Below are positions 24,097-25,636 of a stretch of DNA of 25,636 nucleotides, in pieces. The position numbers and the translations under genes were made by a program. Every line of letters starts with the position of its first letter. The stretch's first letter is position 1. This DNA is from a virus (taxonomy: Duplodnaviria > Caudoviricetes), in IMG/VR virus record IMGVR_UViG_3300012347_000041, positions 1 through 25,636 of that record. The stretch is one strand, 5' to 3'. The notes under the pieces were generated by a model. That model had not been told where the DNA came from, made no database searches, and saw nothing but the letters and a program-made list of their open reading frames with translations.

Positions 24097-24124
24097 TTCA
24101 TATCCTTTCGTGAATATATTTCTA

Positions 24125-24508
24125 TCATACATCAATTCCGTTGCCGATTGCCCACGCTTGAATGTATTCGATCAGCTCAATCATTTCGTTGATCGTGAGC
24201 TCTGAGGTCCTACGGAAAACGATGTCGACTCCATGACCGTCTAAAGCAGGGAGCATTTCGATTGGCTCTCCACGAGCTCTAAGCCATGCAGCCGTCAGCA
24301 ATCGCTTCCAAGTCTCTACATCCCGCTTGGTCCCAGCCCATTCAAGATTCCTAGCAATATCTGAAATAAGAGCATGAAGCTTGGCATTTTGAGCAAGGCT
24401 GCGGGTAATGGGTTTGATCTCTACTGCGTAACCGTCAGGAGACTCGTCAATAGCGATTTTTGCGTTTGATCTAGCAACGTTGTGAGCCAGTATGAAATAT
24501 TTTCTCAA
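24125..24508 (-). CDS. ninB: NinB/YbcN-family recombination protein
   Basis: RSLAQNAKLHALISDIA...W.G......WK.L...AW, P.LDG.G and RTS.L...EM.ELIEYI.AW. Confidence 0.85.
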   Translation of the reverse strand: MRKYFILAHNVARSNAKIAIDESPDGYAVEIKPITRSLAQNAKLHALISDIARNLEWAGTKRDVETWKRLLTAAWLRARGEPIEMLPALDGHGVDIVFRRTSELTINEMIELIEYIQAWAIGNGIDV

Positions 24509-24627
24509 AAAGGACTCCCCCCAAAAACTTCCCCTTCTAAGAATCGAAGGTATCGGTTTTGGTGTTCTAGGTGCTTCAGTAACTCATCATACTTGGTTCG
24601 CCAAAAATCAGCGTCATTTACATCCAC
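24505..24627 (-). CDS. Hypothetical short coiled-coil protein
   Basis: Likely GTG start at 24627 after GGGAG (MDVNDADFWRTKYDELLKHLEHQNRYLRFLEGEVFGGSPF); stop overlaps the ninB start. Confidence 0.45.
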   Translation of the reverse strand: MDVNDADFWRTKYDELLKHLEHQNRYLRFLEGEVFGGSPF

Positions 24628-24815
24628 ACCCCCCACTCCCCCCGATTGCCCAGTCTCCACTGGACGATAAAGTCTTCTTCCGTTTTTAGCTTTAGATCCC
24701 ACCTTCGCTCTGAGTTTATCCATGCTCGATATTCCTTTAATCCCCACTCATGCCTATATTTCAAAAGCTGCCGTACTAGGCAGCGGTGTTTGTGCTTTTC
24801 CTCACTAATTGGCAT
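24618..24815 (-). CDS. Hypothetical protein
   Basis: 65 aa, EKH.HRC.VR.LL..R...QW..GNRG..G.W pattern; overlaps its neighbours. Confidence 0.6.
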   Translation of the reverse strand: MPISEEKHKHRCLVRQLLKYRHEWGLKEYRAWINSERRWDLKLKTEEDFIVQWRLGNRGEWGVWM

Positions 24816-25050
24816 TGATACGGTCCGGGTGATATTCGTATGACCAAACAGTCTTCCGAGCCCTTAGCGTATTGTTTGCCACCAGCTCACGAGTAACATA
24901 CCTTTGCTTGCGTAAATGACATAAAGCCATTGCAATCGCTGCGGAAGTTAAATTGGTTTTTTCTCGAATAATTGATAACGTTAGTGGTTTTTTTTCTTTG
25001 ACAAAAGTTTCTCGAACCTTTACCAGTGCGTTTGAGCTTTGTTTTTCCAT
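24805..25050 (-). CDS. Putative winged-helix DNA-binding protein
   Basis: PLTLS.I.EKTNL....I.MAL.HL.KQ.YV.R...W.Y.Y wHTH-like pattern. Confidence 0.55.
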   Translation of the reverse strand: MEKQSSNALVKVRETFVKEKKPLTLSIIREKTNLTSAAIAMALCHLRKQRYVTRELVANNTLRARKTVWSYEYHPDRINAN

Positions 25051-25464
25051 TTACTTCCCCATGATCGATACAGATTTTTGTTTAAATGAAGACGTGAACT
25101 CCCGTAGTTTTGCTAATGCTTCTTCTTTTGCTTTTGCTGCGTTCCGAATTTCTTCTTGAGTTGGCTGCTTTGTAATCAAGGTATTGGGTTTACTGGGTAT
25201 CCGGGGTCCATCATTGCAAAGCTGCTTAAAAGCCAGTGCAGACGGTGGAAACTTTGCGTCCATGTGATTTAAGGCATAGTCAATCTTTGGCTTATAGGTC
25301 GCATGAACCCCTAGCAGCTCCAGCCATGTTTGACGTACCAGCCCATGATCTACCCCATCCCAGTGACGCATAAACGCAGCACCGTAGATAGCACCCATGC
25401 GCCCAAAAATGTAGTCAAGCCCGTCTTCAGGCTGGCAAAAGTCACTTTCCAAGTAATCGGACAT
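25051..25464 (-). CDS. Putative helicase loader (lambda P position)
   Basis: Start moved to ATG 25464. IF.RM.AIYG..F...W, W.E.L and FPPS...F..LC motifs; directly after the initiator. Confidence 0.5.
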   Translation of the reverse strand: MSDYLESDFCQPEDGLDYIFGRMGAIYGAAFMRHWDGVDHGLVRQTWLELLGVHATYKPKIDYALNHMDAKFPPSALAFKQLCNDGPRIPSKPNTLITKQPTQEEIRNAAKAKEEALAKLREFTSSFKQKSVSIMGK

Positions 25465-25636
25465 CCTTACCCCCTCCAATCAAACCCCTCGTTAAACCCG
25501 ACATAACGTCCTGATTGCGGTCTCCAGCCGTTTTAAATGACTTGGATGAGGCATTCTGTCTCCTTACCCATCCTCGCCATGTAGCAAGCCAATCAGCCCT
25601 TATTCCTTTAGACCCAGCCATTGATACCCAATAATC
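25442..25636 (-). CDS. Replication initiator, C-terminal fragment (runs in from the right edge)
   Basis: Manual translation DYWVSMAGSKGIRADWLATWRGWVRRQN...LLGK*. DYW....G.K..DW.ATWR.W is typical of the C-terminus of phage O/DnaT-like initiators. Confidence 0.65.
   Translation of the reverse strand, partial: DYWVSMAGSKGIRADWLATWRGWVRRQNASSKSFKTAGDRNQDVMSGLTRGLIGGGKDVRLLGK

Noticed and set aside
1-25636. Assigning host or lifestyle
   Set aside because: The gene style suggests a proteobacterial, possibly freshwater, host. However, there are no host genes, integrase, repressor switch or att site in the window to support a call.

Overview
A 25.6-kb segment of a tailed dsDNA phage or prophage with a contractile (myovirus-type) tail, encoded almost entirely on the minus strand. 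From right to left it contains: (1) a partial replication initiator and a putative helicase loader; (2) a nin-like region (NinB, Ref-like HNH nuclease, small ORFs); (3) an HTH late regulator; (4) TerS, TerL and a DUF1073-type portal; (5) an inserted divergent cassette of small genes; (6) MuF; (7) a seven-gene fibre/appendage cassette; (8) a DUF2213-type prohead protease/scaffold, decoration protein and DUF2184-type major capsid; (9) head-tail joining genes, a DUF3383-type sheath, tube, a frameshifted tail chaperone and a partial tape measure. No integrase, lysis, tRNA or CRISPR features were seen. Three observations stand out. First, four consecutive promoter-proximal genes of the divergent cassette (397 codons) contain no Lys, no His and only 2 Thr. 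Second, the head-assembly proteins carry enzyme cargo: a Zeta-toxin-like P-loop domain on the portal and a NUDIX domain on the protease, with recurring [AG]-M-D or x-Q-D motifs at module boundaries that look like protease cleavage sites. Third, the cassette is driven by a mirror-symmetric twin promoter/operator/RBS element. Family names come from motif recognition and gene order only; no searches were run.
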